Numbered from the stretch's first letter, positions 25,078 to 40,763 are shown. The stretch: 64,000 nucleotides of DNA from Salpingoeca rosetta (GCA_033442325.1 JAWQFM010000009.1:1111729-1175728); one strand, 5' to 3'. The notes: generated from the sequence alone by a model not told the origin. Numbers and translations: made by a program.

Positions 25078-28000
25078 ATGGCGGATCTCCACCTCGAACC
25101 CGTTGTTGATGGCGGCTATCAGGAGGTCGAGCCGGCCACCATGGACCGCGACGATGCCGTGAAGCAGCAGCTCCTGCAGCTGGAGGCAGACTACCATGCT
25201 GGTGAGTTTACATTTGCCACTTTGTGTGCATGTGTATGTGCGTGTTGTGCGTTGTGTGTTGTGCGTTGTGTGTGTGTGTGTGTGTGTGTTGTGTGTTGTG
25301 CATGTGTGACTTCTTGCGCTTACACCGCTGTTGCGTTACATGCCGCCCATCCCGCTGTGTCACCTTTCCCCATCAACACTTCTCACCTTCACCCCTCACG
25401 CCTCCCCCACGCCAACCAACCAACCAACCAACCAACCAACCAACCAACCAACCAACCAACCAACCAACCAACCAACCAACCAACCAACCAACCAACCGAG
25501 CAGGCCGTATCACGAAGAAAGGCTACCAAGAGTACTACCACGAGATTATGCTGCAGCGCAACGGGCCAACAGCGTCCGTGCTGCCCGGCTCACCGGGATC
25601 GCCGGCGTCACACCGTCGCTCCTCCTCGTCACCGAGCGAAACGAGCTCCCATTCCCCCGTGAGCCGCGGGTCGTCGACGCCGAGATCGGGCGACCACCAC
25701 CGCGTGGAGTCGCCCTCAAAGTATGGCCTCCTCGCACAGCTGCAGCAGCAGAAGCAGCACATGCAGCAGCGAAACGGCCACCAGCACCAGCAAGAACAGC
25801 AGCAACATCAAGAACAACAGCATGGGCATGTCGTGCGCCACCACACGATGACATCTGAGCTTGATAGCGACGGCGAAGGGAGTATGGACAGCTTCGACAC
25901 TGCTGTAGGCAACAACGCCGCCGTGCTTGAACTCCCGCGCACAGACGGGTTTGACGTGACCGTTGTCGCCGAGGAAACAACCGAGCACGTGTGGGACGAG
26001 CGCAGCAGTGCCAGCCGCCGCGCTGTCTCACCACGCACCGGCGCCGAGGGCAAGTCGCAGCGGAGGCCCGTTGCAGAGGTTACCACCACCACCGCCACCA
26101 CCGCCCACGGTAGCAGCCAGCAACACCACCACCACCATACCGCTGCTGCTGTTGATGATGACGACGACGATGATGACGGCCTGGACTACGATGAGTGCGA
26201 GAATGAAGGCGTGGAGCACTCACAGCGCGTGGATGTGTACGCGGCGTTCAGCAGCGTGCGTCCACCCACGTCCCCTCGCCGCCACACGGAATACGAGGAG
26301 GTCATGGTGGCACCCGGCGCTGGTCAACACCCCCACCACCACCAACAACAGCAGCATCAGCAGCATCAGCAGCATCAGCAGCAGGATGCGACGCTGTATT
26401 CGCAGCCCGGGGACGAAGATGATGCCATCCACGAGCAGTGGCAGCAGGTGGCACCCGTCGACTACAGCGACCACTTTGACTTCCCACTGCCGCCGCCGCC
26501 GCCACCACCGCCACTCCCGCGCCACGCAGACCGCTTCCAGGGCCGCGAGTACGAGACCGTGGACAGCCTCCCGCCGGAGATCTTCGGGCCGGACCCCGTC
26601 GGCGCACGTGCGCACGAGCAGAGCGAGGCCCGCCGCAGCAAGAAGAACAAGAAGGCGTCCAAGCAGCGCAAGAAGAAGAAGGACGAGCCCGTGTACGTGC
26701 CCTCTGCCCAGCAGCCGGGCCGTGAACACCAGAGCCTGTATGAACAGCCGGCAGCCGTGAGCAGCTCCTCGCCTGCACGCCGTGGCCGCAGCGAGCACAG
26801 CGCACTCCACGACCCCATGCGCCGGCTCAGCGGGCAGCACAAGACGCTGTCGTACAAGCCCGTGCACGGGCACGTGGAGCGGGTGCAGCGAATGCTGCAG
26901 GAGGAAGCGCAGAACAGGGGGCGCATCCCGCGTGAACGGTACGAGACGCTCTCGCGCCAGCCAGAGTCCGAGGCACACCGCTTCCTGACGCAACTGCGCA
27001 AGGCAAAGCGGACCGTGCTTCCGTTTAGCGAGCGCGCCCTGCAAGGCATGGAGACCCCCACCCCGGGCAACGTGGGCGTGTCCCCGCACGGCAATCGCCA
27101 GCCGTTTGCGTCTGGGTACAGCTTCCCCTTTGACAACTCCACAGACGGCGCGCCACAGAGCACCGATTCGATTGACCTGACGAGCGCAACCACGTTTGCA
27201 GAGTCGCTCACGCTGCGGTACAGCTACGTGCCCAACGCCAGCGCCCTGCAGGTGCACACGCGCGGGGGAAAGGCGTGCACGTCGTTCACGTGGAAGATGC
27301 TGCGCAAGCAGGCGCGAGCCGTATCGGAGGTGCTGCAGCAGGCCATGGCAGCCCGCCGCGGAGAGGCAAGCCTCATTGCCAACACGGACAGGGCGCACTC
27401 TGGCTCGCGACAGCACTACGCAGCGCTCATCTTCGACTCGAGCAATCCCACCAGCATCTCCAACTTTGCCGTTGCCTTCCACGGCGCCACCATGGGCGGC
27501 CTCATCCCCGTGCCGCTCGCCTTCCCCATGGCAGACGACCCGGCGAGCATGCACGTGCGCGTGCGCTCGCTCGGCTTCGTCATGAGCTCGTGTGCTGTCA
27601 GCATCGTCATCAGCGACACGACCATGCGCAAGGTGCTTGACGAGGCGTGTGGTGGCGCCCTCACCCGCGGCCCGCTGCCCAAGGGCTGGCCCGACGTGCC
27701 GTGGATGTTCGTCGACCGCCTCCCCCGCATGAAGAAGACGAGGCAGCGCGGTGTGCACGTCAGCAACAGGGACGACATTGCGTTTGCCATGCCGGACCTG
27801 GCCACGTACAACGACATCAAGACTGTGGCAATGACGCACGACAACGTGTTTGCGCAGACGGCCGCGTTCAAGGCCTCACTCAGCCTCTCCAACACGAACC
27901 AGGTGTCTGTGGTGGCAGACGTGACGACAGGGCCAGGCATGTGGGTGGCGCTCGCCACGGGTGTCACGTGCGGTTATGAGACAATTGTCATTCCGTCGTA

Positions 28001-30435
28001 CACCATTGACAAGAAGCCAAAGCAGACCTGGGCGCACCTCTCCAAGTCTCCTCGCGCAGGTGCCCACAATGCTGCTTGCTTGCTTGTGTAGTTGTAGTTG
28101 TGTGTTTGTGGTTGTGCATTTGTATTTTGTGTGTTTGTGGTTGTGCATTTGTATTTTGTGTGCTTGTGGTTGTGTATTTGTATTTGTATTTGTATTTGTG
28201 TTGTATTGTGTACATGTGGTGTGTGTGTGTGTGTGTGTTCTATGGCGTGATGCGCCTACTAACCCGCCACACACACACACACACATTTTTTTGTCATCTT
28301 CGACTTGTGACAGACACACTAGTTGTGGTTGATGTGGACGGACTGAAGGCGCTGACGGGCACGCGCGAGGCGATTGATGCGTTTGCTGCACATATCCCGG
28401 ACGTGGGTCGCTTTGTGATTATGCTGCAGAACGTTGTGCAGCGCGACGTGGTTAAGTGCGTCAAGGCGCTCGTTCACAAGGGGCTTCCCCAACAGGTGAG
28501 CTGCATGTGCATGTGTGTGACACCTTTTTGTTGTGTGTGTGCGAGTGTCTTGGTTTTGTTGTGCGTGATGTTTTTATTGTGCGAGTGTGTTGGTTGTGTG
28601 CATGTGTGTGTGCATGTGTGTGTATATGTGTGTGTGTGTGTGCTTGTTGTCGTACGTGATTGTGTGTGTGTGATTGGCTGAGCGTCATTTTGAGCTTGGC
28701 AGTTCTAGTTTCACCTGCAGGTCACTCACCAGTATTGTGCACGCCTTGAACGCTCTGCCATGAACGCAACCCGCCACCACACAGCGCGTGCTGGTGTCGA
28801 TGTTCAGCGCCACAGGCAATTTCATCATGACGGGGCCGCTTGCACAATTCCGCACAGACGGCGAGCACGTGCGTCTGTCGTGTGTTCTCCCCGCCCCGGG
28901 CATGCAAGCCTCCATGAACATGGGCCTGGTCCTCGCAAGTCCCCTCGCAGGTGCGCTGGGCGTTGAGTGCGTGTGCGTGCAAGTTGTGTGGGCGTTGAGT
29001 GCATGTGCGTGCAAGTTGTGTGCATGTGGGTAGGCGTGTTTTGGTGTACAGACCACAAGTTGCCACCGTCTGCACAACATGTTTCACTCTCGTGCCCTTA
29101 CGCTCGCCCACGCCTTTTCGCTCTGCACCGCTGCTGCCACAGGCGCATACGTTGGTGTCGTCCGCGTACACGCGGATGAGCCGTGCGTGGAGACTGAACA
29201 GGGCGAAATTGTCATCAGCAGCAAGACCGCTGCGTCCCAATTCGTCGGTGCGTGACAGCGTGTATGTGGTTGTATCCCCTGTTGCGTGCATGTGTGTTGT
29301 TGTTTGTTGTGCAATGTGTGAGTGTGCTGAGCGTTGACTTTGAGTATTGGCTTTCCATCCTCTCAATTCCGCTCTCACACCCACTTCCATCGCGCCCCCG
29401 TCCCCTCCAGGCCTTGAGATGCAATCTGCCAACACGTTTGCTGTCACTGTTCCCGGCGCTTCCGAGTCGATGAAGTTCACACGCACCGGTCTCCTCGGAT
29501 GTGTCAACTTCAAGGCGGTGCGTCCACCTGTTGCTGCTGTTGAGGGGAGGGCACATGCATGTGTGGTTGTGAGTGAGTCCGTGAGTGTGTGTGTGTGTGT
29601 GTTAGATGCTTCCCTTGCCCTTACTTGTGTGTCCACGCGCGCAAACCATACCGAAGACCTCCTCACCCTACTCCTCATCGTCATCACCAACCATCACCAC
29701 CCATTGCCCCTGTGCAGGATGGCAAACCTGAGGTTGTTGTGACGGGACTGCGCCGTGATCTGATGATGGTGGAGGGATTTGCCATTCTTCGATTCGGCAT
29801 TGAGAACACCATCACCGATTGCCAAGAGGTGCGCGCAGCCGCCATTGCCACTGTCACTCCCCCCCCCCCCCACCACCACCACTGCTGCTGTTGCTGCTGC
29901 TGCCGCTGTTGTTTTTGCTGGTATGTGTTGCTGCTTCTCATGCATTCAGCTCAAGTCTCAAGTCCACGCATCATCCCCATGCCCTCTTTGCCCTTGATCC
30001 TGCCTCCATCATGTGCGTGGCACCAACAGAAGTACAAGCTGGAGCTTCCGATGAGCGGTCGCGATGCCGCCATCTTCGTCGATTCCGTCGCCGGCAGCAA
30101 CCGCCTCGTCCTCATCCTCGAAACGGCGTTTGACGTGCTGGACGAGACAGACCCGAAGGACGTGCGTACACACACATTGCTGCGTGCTGCGTGCTGCGTG
30201 TTGTGCGTTGATAGTCATAATGCTGTTTTGATATCGCTTGTCTCTCTACTCTTCGCATCGCTGCTGCGATGGCACTTCAACTCACACCATGCGCTGTGTG
30301 TTGTACGTTGCAGGTTGATAAGACGCTGCAGCTGCTGGCAGGCCACATTGAGAAGCACAACCAGATTCGCCCCTTTGCCATGCTTTTGGTTGAGGACAAT
30401 GTGCTTCCACGCAACATCAACGGTGTGGGGCTTGC

Positions 30436-30493
<58 letters not shown>

Positions 30494-32586
30494 TGTGTGT
30501 ACATGCGTGAAGTGTATATGTTGGGCCTTGTGGCTTGCTTGCTTGTGTGTGTATGTGTGTGTGCTCTTCATGGGCTCTCCCCCTCTCTGTGGAGCACTCT
30601 CCAATGTCACATCGCTCACCGATGACAACACGTCATTCATTGCATTGCATCAGGTCGCGTGGACTCCGAGCTGTGTGCGGAGTTGTACACCTCTGGCCGC
30701 ATTGACGCCTTGCACGTGTGCGTGGACTCCATTTCCTGTATTCCAGACATTGTGGAGCAAACTTCCGCAGAGTCTCTCGACCGCCACGGATCGGGTGCGT
30801 GCATGAATGTGCACGTGTGCGCGTACATGCAGTGTGTGTGGGTGTGCGTGTGTGCGTGTGTGTGTGTGCGTGTGTGTGCGTGTGTGCTTGGTGGTGCTGT
30901 GCCTTCCTTGTGGGCATCAGTACGCTCGATCACCGCGCTCACACTTCGTCTTCACATGTGTTTGTGCGCGCGTATTCAATGCAGTCGGCATCATTCCTGC
31001 ACTTGAAACGGCGCCATCACAGCTGTCGCAACTGTCTGGACCGGAAATCCACCTCGAGAGGGTGCGTGTGTTCATGAGCGTGTGCATATGAGCGTGAACG
31101 TGTACATGTGTATGTGCGTTCATTTGTGCGTTCTTTCTGTCCTCGCGCACGATTCAATCGTACTCACAATCACCACGCTTGCCACCAACAGAAACTTGCC
31201 AGCGCCAACACGATCCTGAGTCTGCTCGTGAAGAAACTGCGTCGCTCCCCGGACACGCCCATCTTCACCTTTGTGGACGAAAAGGTGCGCGTGCGCTTGA
31301 TGTGTGTGTTTGTGTATGTATGTGTGTGTGTGTGTGTGCTTGTGTTTGTATGTGTGTGTGTGTGGTACGCCTTATTCGGTGACACACCCTCTGACGCACG
31401 TCTTATTTTGTCCATCCTGTCCATGGTACTTACGTTCGTGTGCGTGCGTGCGTGTGCTTGTGCATACATGCAGGCAAAGCGACTTGCAGTGACGCCGAAG
31501 ATGTTGATGACACGCGCGCGTCAGATTGCGCAATCGCTTCACAACGCGGACGTGAAAGTGCACGACGTTGTCCTTGTCATTGTCCCGCCATCCCCAGACC
31601 TGGTGCGCTCACATGTGTTTGTGTGTGCGTGTGTGTGTTTGTGTGTGCGTGTGCGCGTGTGCGTGTGTGCAATCGCCCAGTGCACCTGCTGTGAACCATC
31701 CACGTCATCTCCTCCTCCCTCCTGCTGCTCCTGCTCCTGCTCCTGCTCCTCCTCCTCCTCCTCTTGCTTTACCAACCACTTTTTGATTGCAGGTTGCATC
31801 CTTCTACGCGTGTCTGCTGCTTGGCGCTCTCCCCATCCTGCTGCCGACAGCGACGACGCGCGATGATGTGCACACCATGAGTAAGTGAATGGAATGGACA
31901 TGGGTGCTGTGACACGCTGTATTGTCGAGCACATGATGTGCAACTGTGCGCATGATGTGCAGTCCCGCGTGCGAACGTTCGACCGTTTTGGCTCAGGCAC
32001 CCTCCATGCTCGCGCCTCCTCATCCCCAATCACCTTTACCCTGTGGCAAATAATCCTGCGTTGTGCGCAGTGCCTGTGTGGGAGAGTGTTGCGCAGGCGA
32101 TGCACGCAGGTGTGATGCTGACCACTCAGAAGCATCACCAGCGCGTTAAGCTCGCGGCAAAGGCCGAACTTCGCGGACGTGCGTGTGCTCATGATGCGAT
32201 CAAGTGCTGTTCGTGTGGTGGTGTGCTGTTCGTGTGATGTCATATGTCGTCATCCTGGGCTTGCTTACCATGCCATTTCTAGTGTTTCTTGGTTGCCCCT
32301 TTGCATGTGCTGGCATCTCACCCCTCCTCAATCCTGTCGCATTCGTACATACGTGTGTGCGTGTGTGCGTACATGTGTGCAGTTGAAGTCCAGACAGTGT
32401 TTGCTGATGCGAAGCAAGGGCGCGAGTACACGAACATGCACACACCCGATGACCGCCGCAGCGCCGCCTTTGTCGAGTACACTGTCAGCAGCTCCGGCCT
32501 CCTCACGGGCGTCGAGGTCTCACACCTCAACATGCTCGCCCTCGGCCAGGCCTTCAAGGTCCGTTTGTTCGTGTGTGTGTGGTTGT

Positions 32587-32646
<60 letters not shown>

Positions 32647-33147
32647 GTGTTGTGTGTGTTGTGTGTGCTGCGTTGTGTTTAGATTGTGGGCAGTTTTGGG
32701 TTGACGGCATGCCTCACTTTGCCCGGTGTCGCACGGGGTTTGATGCATGCTGGTCCATGTGTTTTGCAGAATCAGCTGTCACTGGATGACACGCACACGA
32801 TTCTTGTGCAAGCGGATCCGACGTCCGGCCTCGGTCTTGCGTCATGGATGTACCTGCACCTCAGTACGTTGTTGCGCACTGTATTTGTTGTGTGTGTGTG
32901 TGTGTGTATGGCACTCGTTCCTTGATCGCATTTGCACACTGCGTTCACGTGGGCTTTTTTTTTTTTTTTGGTATTCATGTGCGCGGACGTTGTTCTTTCG
33001 CCACTCTGCTCACCGATACGTCTCCGACACACATCCGTGCACACATGCGCATGCGTGTGCAGTTGTTGACCAGCCCTTTCTCCTCGTCTCCGAAGGACGA
33101 CAGGTCAACCCGCTCCTCTGGCTCCACCTCGTCGCAAAACTCGACGG

Positions 33148-33230
<83 letters not shown>

Positions 33231-34774
33231 ATGAATGTCTCTTTTTGTCTCCCCGAATATTTTGCGTGTGCGTTGCCTCACCGTGACATGCCTGCTTGCT
33301 TCTTGCTTTTTGCATCCTCCTGTGTTGGGTTTCAGTTGAGGTGGCCATCTGTACGCACAAGGCGCTCTTTGCGAGTGTTCAGCAGTTCCTCCGCTGTCCG
33401 CCACAGCTTGACAAGGGTGAGCCAATTGCGGCCTGTGTGTGTGTATGTATGTATGTGTGTGTGTGCGCGCGCGCGTGTGCATGTGAGTGTGTGTGTGCGC
33501 TTGTGTCGTGTCCACATCAGTGTCCACGTATCGTCCACACCACCGCCGCATGCATTCCACACCCCATCCCTTCACACCGCTCACCGCCGCCACACGTAAC
33601 TCCAATCGCCATCACCACCACCATCAGGGCTGTCGTGCCTGTCGCGGTGCATCGTTCTCTGCCGTGACCGCCCCTGGTCCTCGCTCATCTCCTACTTTGA
33701 GACGGCATTCAAGGTGCGGGCGTGATGATGGCGGTGATTGATGCCGTGTGGAAGAGAGGAATGCATTGTGTGAGCGTGTGTGATTGCATGTGAGTCGCGT
33801 TTGCGTACGTCTTTATGAGCGAGGGAGCGATACATGTTAGAGGAAGGCAAATGTATTGGTTTCGATGGGAATGCACGAGGGATCTCGCTCCCTCGCTCGC
33901 TCTCGCACTCTCCTATCATCACTATCACCATCACCATTATTTGCTGCTCCCCATCCTGTCCCTTCTCATCACCACCGCCGCCGTCGCCACCACCACCATC
34001 CAGCTGATGAAGCTGCGGCGCCACGCGTTGTGCCCCGTGCTGGAAACGCGTCCAAACGCGTTTGTGAGCATGGTTCCTCCAGACGCCGATCGGCAACAGG
34101 CGTTTGTTGATCTCCTCAAACTCTCGCGCGACCGCATCCAGGTTCGTGTGGCCTTTGGTGTTGTGTTTGTCTGCTGTGTTGTGTTTGTAATCTGCGGTCG
34201 TGTGTTGATGGGTTGTCGTTGAGACGAATGTGTGTGTTTGTGTATGTGTGTGTTCGTTCACCCTGCTTTGACCCTGACCTGTGCTCTTGCCTCCGTTTGC
34301 GCCTGCAGCTGCTTGAGCGTGGCTCCACCTCGGAGGCGTGTGTATGGGCACTCGGCGAGCCCGTCCCAGGAACAAAGGTCTGGCGTGTGTATGTGTGTGT
34401 GTGTGTGTGTGTGTTTGTATGCATCTGTGCATGTGTGTGCTTGTATGCATCTGTGCATGTGTGTGTGTGTGTGTTTGTGTGTGCACTTGTCTCCTCCCCT
34501 CCTTTCATTGCCTCACGGTGTCACTGGTGCGTGGTGTGTAACAGATTGCCGTCTTGACGCCGGACAAGAACGCGCTCTGCGGCGCGCAGCAGATTGGCGA
34601 GATTTGCGTCTCCAGCGCACACAACGTCAAGCGTTACACGGGCATCGGTGAGGCGCCAATGCTCTGTGTGTGCGTATGTGTGAATGGGTGTATGTGGTTT
34701 GTGTGTGTGTGTGTATGTGGTGCGCATGTGTGAATGTGCTATGTGTGTGTATGTGGTGCGCATGTGTGTATGCG

Positions 34775-34831
<57 letters not shown>

Positions 34832-35952
34832 GTCGTGTCCTTGGTATCGCATGCACTCACCACCACAACACCCACAACTGCCACAACGACGACCACGACG
34901 ACCACCACCACCTCAGCCCAAGCGTCTGTGCGGAGCGTGAACCGGCGGCTGCTTGGTGCGCACCTCCCCGGGCGACAGGAGGCGTATGCGCGCACAGGCC
35001 TGTACGGGTTCCTGCACGACGGACAGGTGTTTGTGGTCGGCAACAGGGAGGATGACGTCACCCAGCTTGGCCTCAGGTAACGCCGGCAGTGCTGGCGGTG
35101 GCGGTGATGGTGACAATGATTGTCAACAGTGGAGGTGCCACTGTTCCTGGAAGGCTGTTTGAGGTGATTTGCCAGTGACAAGTGGCTTTGCCGGCTTCTC
35201 CTTCGACTCCTTCGACTTTCTTGCTCACCAACCCCCCCCCCCCAACACACACACACACACACATTACTGCTGGCACGTTCTTGGGTTGCTTGCAGGCACC
35301 ATCCCGTGGACATTGAGGACACGATTGAGCGCGCGTTTACGTTCATTGAGATTGGCGGGTGCGCGGTGTTTGGCATGGGCGACTATGTGATTGTCGCTGT
35401 TGAGGCAGAGGAGCTGCAGCAGCCCGTGCTCACCGCCGCCCCACGCATCATCTCCCTCTGCATGAACAAGCACAGGGTGAGTTTTTTTTTTTTTTTGTTT
35501 TTTTTTCCAAGTGGTCGTCACGGTACTCGGCCTGGGGTGGTTGGGAGAGGAAGGGAGGGAGGAGGGGAGGAGGCTGGTGTTGATGCCTGCACTTTGCGAG
35601 TGTGGCGTTGCGCTTGCTGTGTGACCGCTGTGTTTCGTGGTGTTGCCCTCCCAATCAACCACGCCCTCCCTGCACTGCCTCACCTTCCTTCCACACACGT
35701 GTCTCTGCTTTCCCGCCAACTCCCCCCCCCAACTTTTTTTCCCCGCTTGCTTCCATCTCACATGCGTCCATCCACAACCAACCACCAATGATGCACCCGC
35801 ACCAGGTTGTGGTGAATGCGGTGATGTTTCTGCAGCGTGACTCCATCCCCATGGACTCTGGCGGCATGAAGCAACGGCAGCTGCTCAAGCACCTCATCAC
35901 CAGCGGCCAGCTCAAGCCCGCGCACGCCATCCTCAACCACACCATGGCTTGA
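25078..35952 (+). CDS. DIP2: Disco-interacting protein 2 homolog (DMAP1-binding domain + two FAAL-like adenylation-fold domains)
   Basis: 26 GT-AG exons, from 25078-25201 and 25504-28059 through 35296-35476 and 35806-35952. N-terminal [19 protein letters not shown] fits the DMAP-binding motif. [53 protein letters not shown] and C-terminal [14 protein letters not shown] match DIP2 signatures. Confidence 0.92.
25412..25497 (+). repeat. (CCAA)n microsatellite at the 3' end of DIP2 intron 1
   Basis: Direct inspection; ends just before the GAGCAG tandem acceptor. Confidence 0.9.
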
Positions 35953-36479
35953 TGATGCGCACACGTGCATGCGCACGTTATCTGTGCTTTCTAGTGTGGG
36001 TGTGCGCGCGTGCGTGTGTGTGTGTGTGCATGCGTGTGTGTGTGCATGCGTGTGTGTGTGCATGCGAAAGTGTGTACATGACGTTGCTTCTTACATGGAA
36101 TAGCTTTTTGGGCGTTATGTGTTGTTGAATCACAGCATCCCGCATCATCGTCCCCAACAGTCCCGTGTGTTTTGTGTGCTTCCAGCGTCGTGTTATGTTG
36201 TTACTTTGAGCTGTTCGTTCCTGATCGCTGTTTTCTTTATCTGCTCCTACACTGAAGCGTAATCGTGTGTGAAAGCCGACCCTTGTGTCCCATTCATTGA
36301 TTCATTGTCACTGTGTACAAATATACCCATCTTAACCAACACGCGCGCGGGTGCAACGCGACAAGGGCAGGATTCAGAGAAAGATGCCGAGGCAACGGAG
36401 GGAGAGGCATGATTTGATGTTGGCAATGGGACAGAGACACAGCAACATGGCAGAGGAAGGGAATGGGGTCGGATATGAT

Positions 36480-36561
<82 letters not shown>

Positions 36562-36598
36562 GGGGGGGTGGAGTGTGTGTGTGTATGAGTGAGAGAGA

Positions 36599-36664
<66 letters not shown>

Positions 36665-36781
36665 TACAGACACACACACACACACACATTCACACAATTT
36701 CACACACACACAGATACAGACACACACACACACACATTCACACAATTTCACACACACACACATACACACACTCAGCAAGTT

Positions 36782-38314
<1,533 letters not shown>

Positions 38315-38614
38315 GTTGGTGGTTGTTGGCGTTGTTGTCAGCGTTGTTGTTGGTGTTTGTGATGTGACACTCGTTTCTCTCACCCCCACCCACACAACCC
38401 AGTCTCACTCTCACACTCTCGCTTCACTTGCTGCTTGTTGCTTGTTTGTATTCACGTCACCAACACGTTGAGCCTGACACACGTCACACCTTCTACTCAC
38501 ATACACACACGCACAAACGTTGTGTGGCGCACTGAACACGCCTCGTGCCACACACCCTACGCACAGGAACGCCACGCACTGCGGCACCAGCAGTCACGCA
38601 CACGAGCCACCACA

Positions 38615-40116
38615 TCACTGCCAAAGACCGCAGAACAAGGAAGCAAGCCGCAAGTGAGATTGGTGGTGGGGAGGTGGTGGTGGAGGTGGTGTGTAGTGAT
38701 CAGAGAGGTATGGCATGGGCCCCCCATGTGCAAGTGTAACGGATGACCATGTTGGGCAGACACAAGCCGACACACATGCCAATACAACCGCAACGGCGCG
38801 CAGGCACAAAAGCACATACACAGACACATGTACACACACCCAGACATATGCACATGCACACACACGTACATATGCACACAGACACACAGACACACAGACA
38901 CACAGACACACACACACACACACACACTTACACATGCACACACACACTCTCTCTTTTCTCCTCCCTACACACGCGGACAACTTCCTTTCCCGTCCCCCCC
39001 CCGTCTGCCCAACAAAGATACGTACGTTCTTGACTTTGATGTTGTACTTCTTCTGGTAGTCGGCAAGGTTCTTGTTCGTTGTCTCCAGCTGCTTCTGCAG
39101 CTGCTTCACCAAATCCTCAATCTGTAGCAAGGGATAATGAGCAGGCAGGCAATTTCACAGATCAGTGCTTGTGTGGTTGTGCGTGTTTGTGCATGCGTGT
39201 GCTTGCGGTGAAGCGAAACAACAGCGCCAAGGACCGCCGAACAGGAAAGTCTCAGAAACAACGAAAGTAACACCAACAGAAACACACACACACATGCAAA
39301 CGCAAAGCTGTGTACCTGTGACTTGTTTTGTTTGATGGCGGGAAGCACCTCGGCAACTGTGCGCTCGATGAGGACGCCGCTGACCATTCGGAAGCACTTG
39401 CGGTCGGCTTCTGTCTTGCTTAGCGCATCCTCCACAACCCTGTTGTTGGAGGTGAGGGACAGCAGTGTGCGTGTGTGTGCGTGTGTGTGCGTGTGTGTGC
39501 GTGTGTGTGCGTGTGTGTGCGTGCGTGTGTTGTGTGGAGCATGCTTTCATCAGTGACACGGCAACGCACAGGAAAAGAGAAAGTGTAGTGTTGCGCAGTC
39601 ACACGGATACACCACGCCATCCGCAATCTAACTCTTCATTCACCAACACGTGGGCGCACATACTTTGCCCCCCCCCCCCCTTACACACATACACGCACTT
39701 ACACATACATACACGCACACGCATACACGCATACACGCATACACGCATACACGCATACACGCACACGCATACACGCACACGCACACATGCACACGTGCTT
39801 TGTGAACGGACTTGTGTTCTTCCACGTCGCCGCCGAGCTCAGCAATCTTCTGGTTCAACTCCATCTGTTGCTGGCGCATCTGCTGGAAACGGTAGACGAT
39901 CTCCTGATCGCTTGGGCGCTCCTCGGACCTGCCGCCATCCACACACGCACACATCACAACAAAGCAACCACACGTGAGCAGTGACAACAACGAGCAAAGA
40001 CAAAGGCAAAGCAGCAAAGCAGCAAAGCAGCAAAGCAGCAAAGCAGCAAAGTAGCAAAGCAGCAAAGCAGCAAAGCAGCAAAGCAGCAAAGCAGCGACTA
40101 CATCCACCACCCACAT
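38615..40116 (-). CDS. PFDN2: Prefoldin subunit 2 (~113 aa)
   Basis: Exons 40116-40115 (AT of a split ATG, inferred), 39928-39812, 39439-39316, 39121-39026, 38617-38615 (TGA). FQQMRQQQ...KIAEL..DVEEHK.V..L...[22 protein letters not shown] is the PFDN2 signature. The two terminal exons are less certain than the core. Confidence 0.9.
40008..40095 (+). repeat. (AAAGCAGC)n octamer tandem repeat in putative PFDN2 intron 1
   Basis: About 11 copies, one with a GTAG variant. Confidence 0.9.
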
Positions 40117-40763
40117 GATTGGCTGTGTTGGTTGGTGTGGTCGGTTTGGTTGCCTGCTCGCTTTTCCTTGTTGTGTGAGAAGGCAAAATTGCCTTTGCGC
40201 GTCGTCAATTTTGACCTTCAAGGTGGGCGAGCACAAAAAGAAGAAGAGCCAAAAGCAGAGCTCTGTTGTGTTTTGTGTGTGTTTTACCCCTTGCTTCTTG
40301 TTCCACACAAACAAAAGAGCCAAAAACGCAGCAACCACCAGCACCAGCGCTGCGCTCCGCCTTGCTTGCTTGCTGACAGAGTGTTGTTTTGGGGTGTGTC
40401 CACTCAGCTTCTTGAGCGCCACCCGTCCGTGTCGCGGTTCACACCCTTTCGCTTGTCGTCGCAAGTGGGTTGCAGTGCCAAGCACCCATCGCTGCCCCTC
40501 GAGTTGGCAGTGAGACCCTTCACCACTTTACACGACTTCCAGGGCGTCCTCTTCCTTCCTGGTGTTTTGGTTGGTTGGTTGGTTCGTGTGCTGAAGGTGG
40601 CTGTCGACACTCTTGTATTCCACCAAACACACACACACACACACAAACACACACATACACACATCAACACACACATACATACACACACACACATACACAC
40701 ATCAACACACACACACACACATACACACACATACACAGACACATACACACAAGCACCACCACC

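Noticed and set aside
23877-25162. Long ORFs upstream of DIP2 (23877-24695, 24461-25162)
   Set aside because: Low-complexity, lacking the codon pattern of real exons here, and with no recognisable domain.
40008-40095. Tandem repeats as a CRISPR-like array
   Set aside because: These are contiguous 8-mers with no unique spacers, in a eukaryotic intron, with no cas genes.
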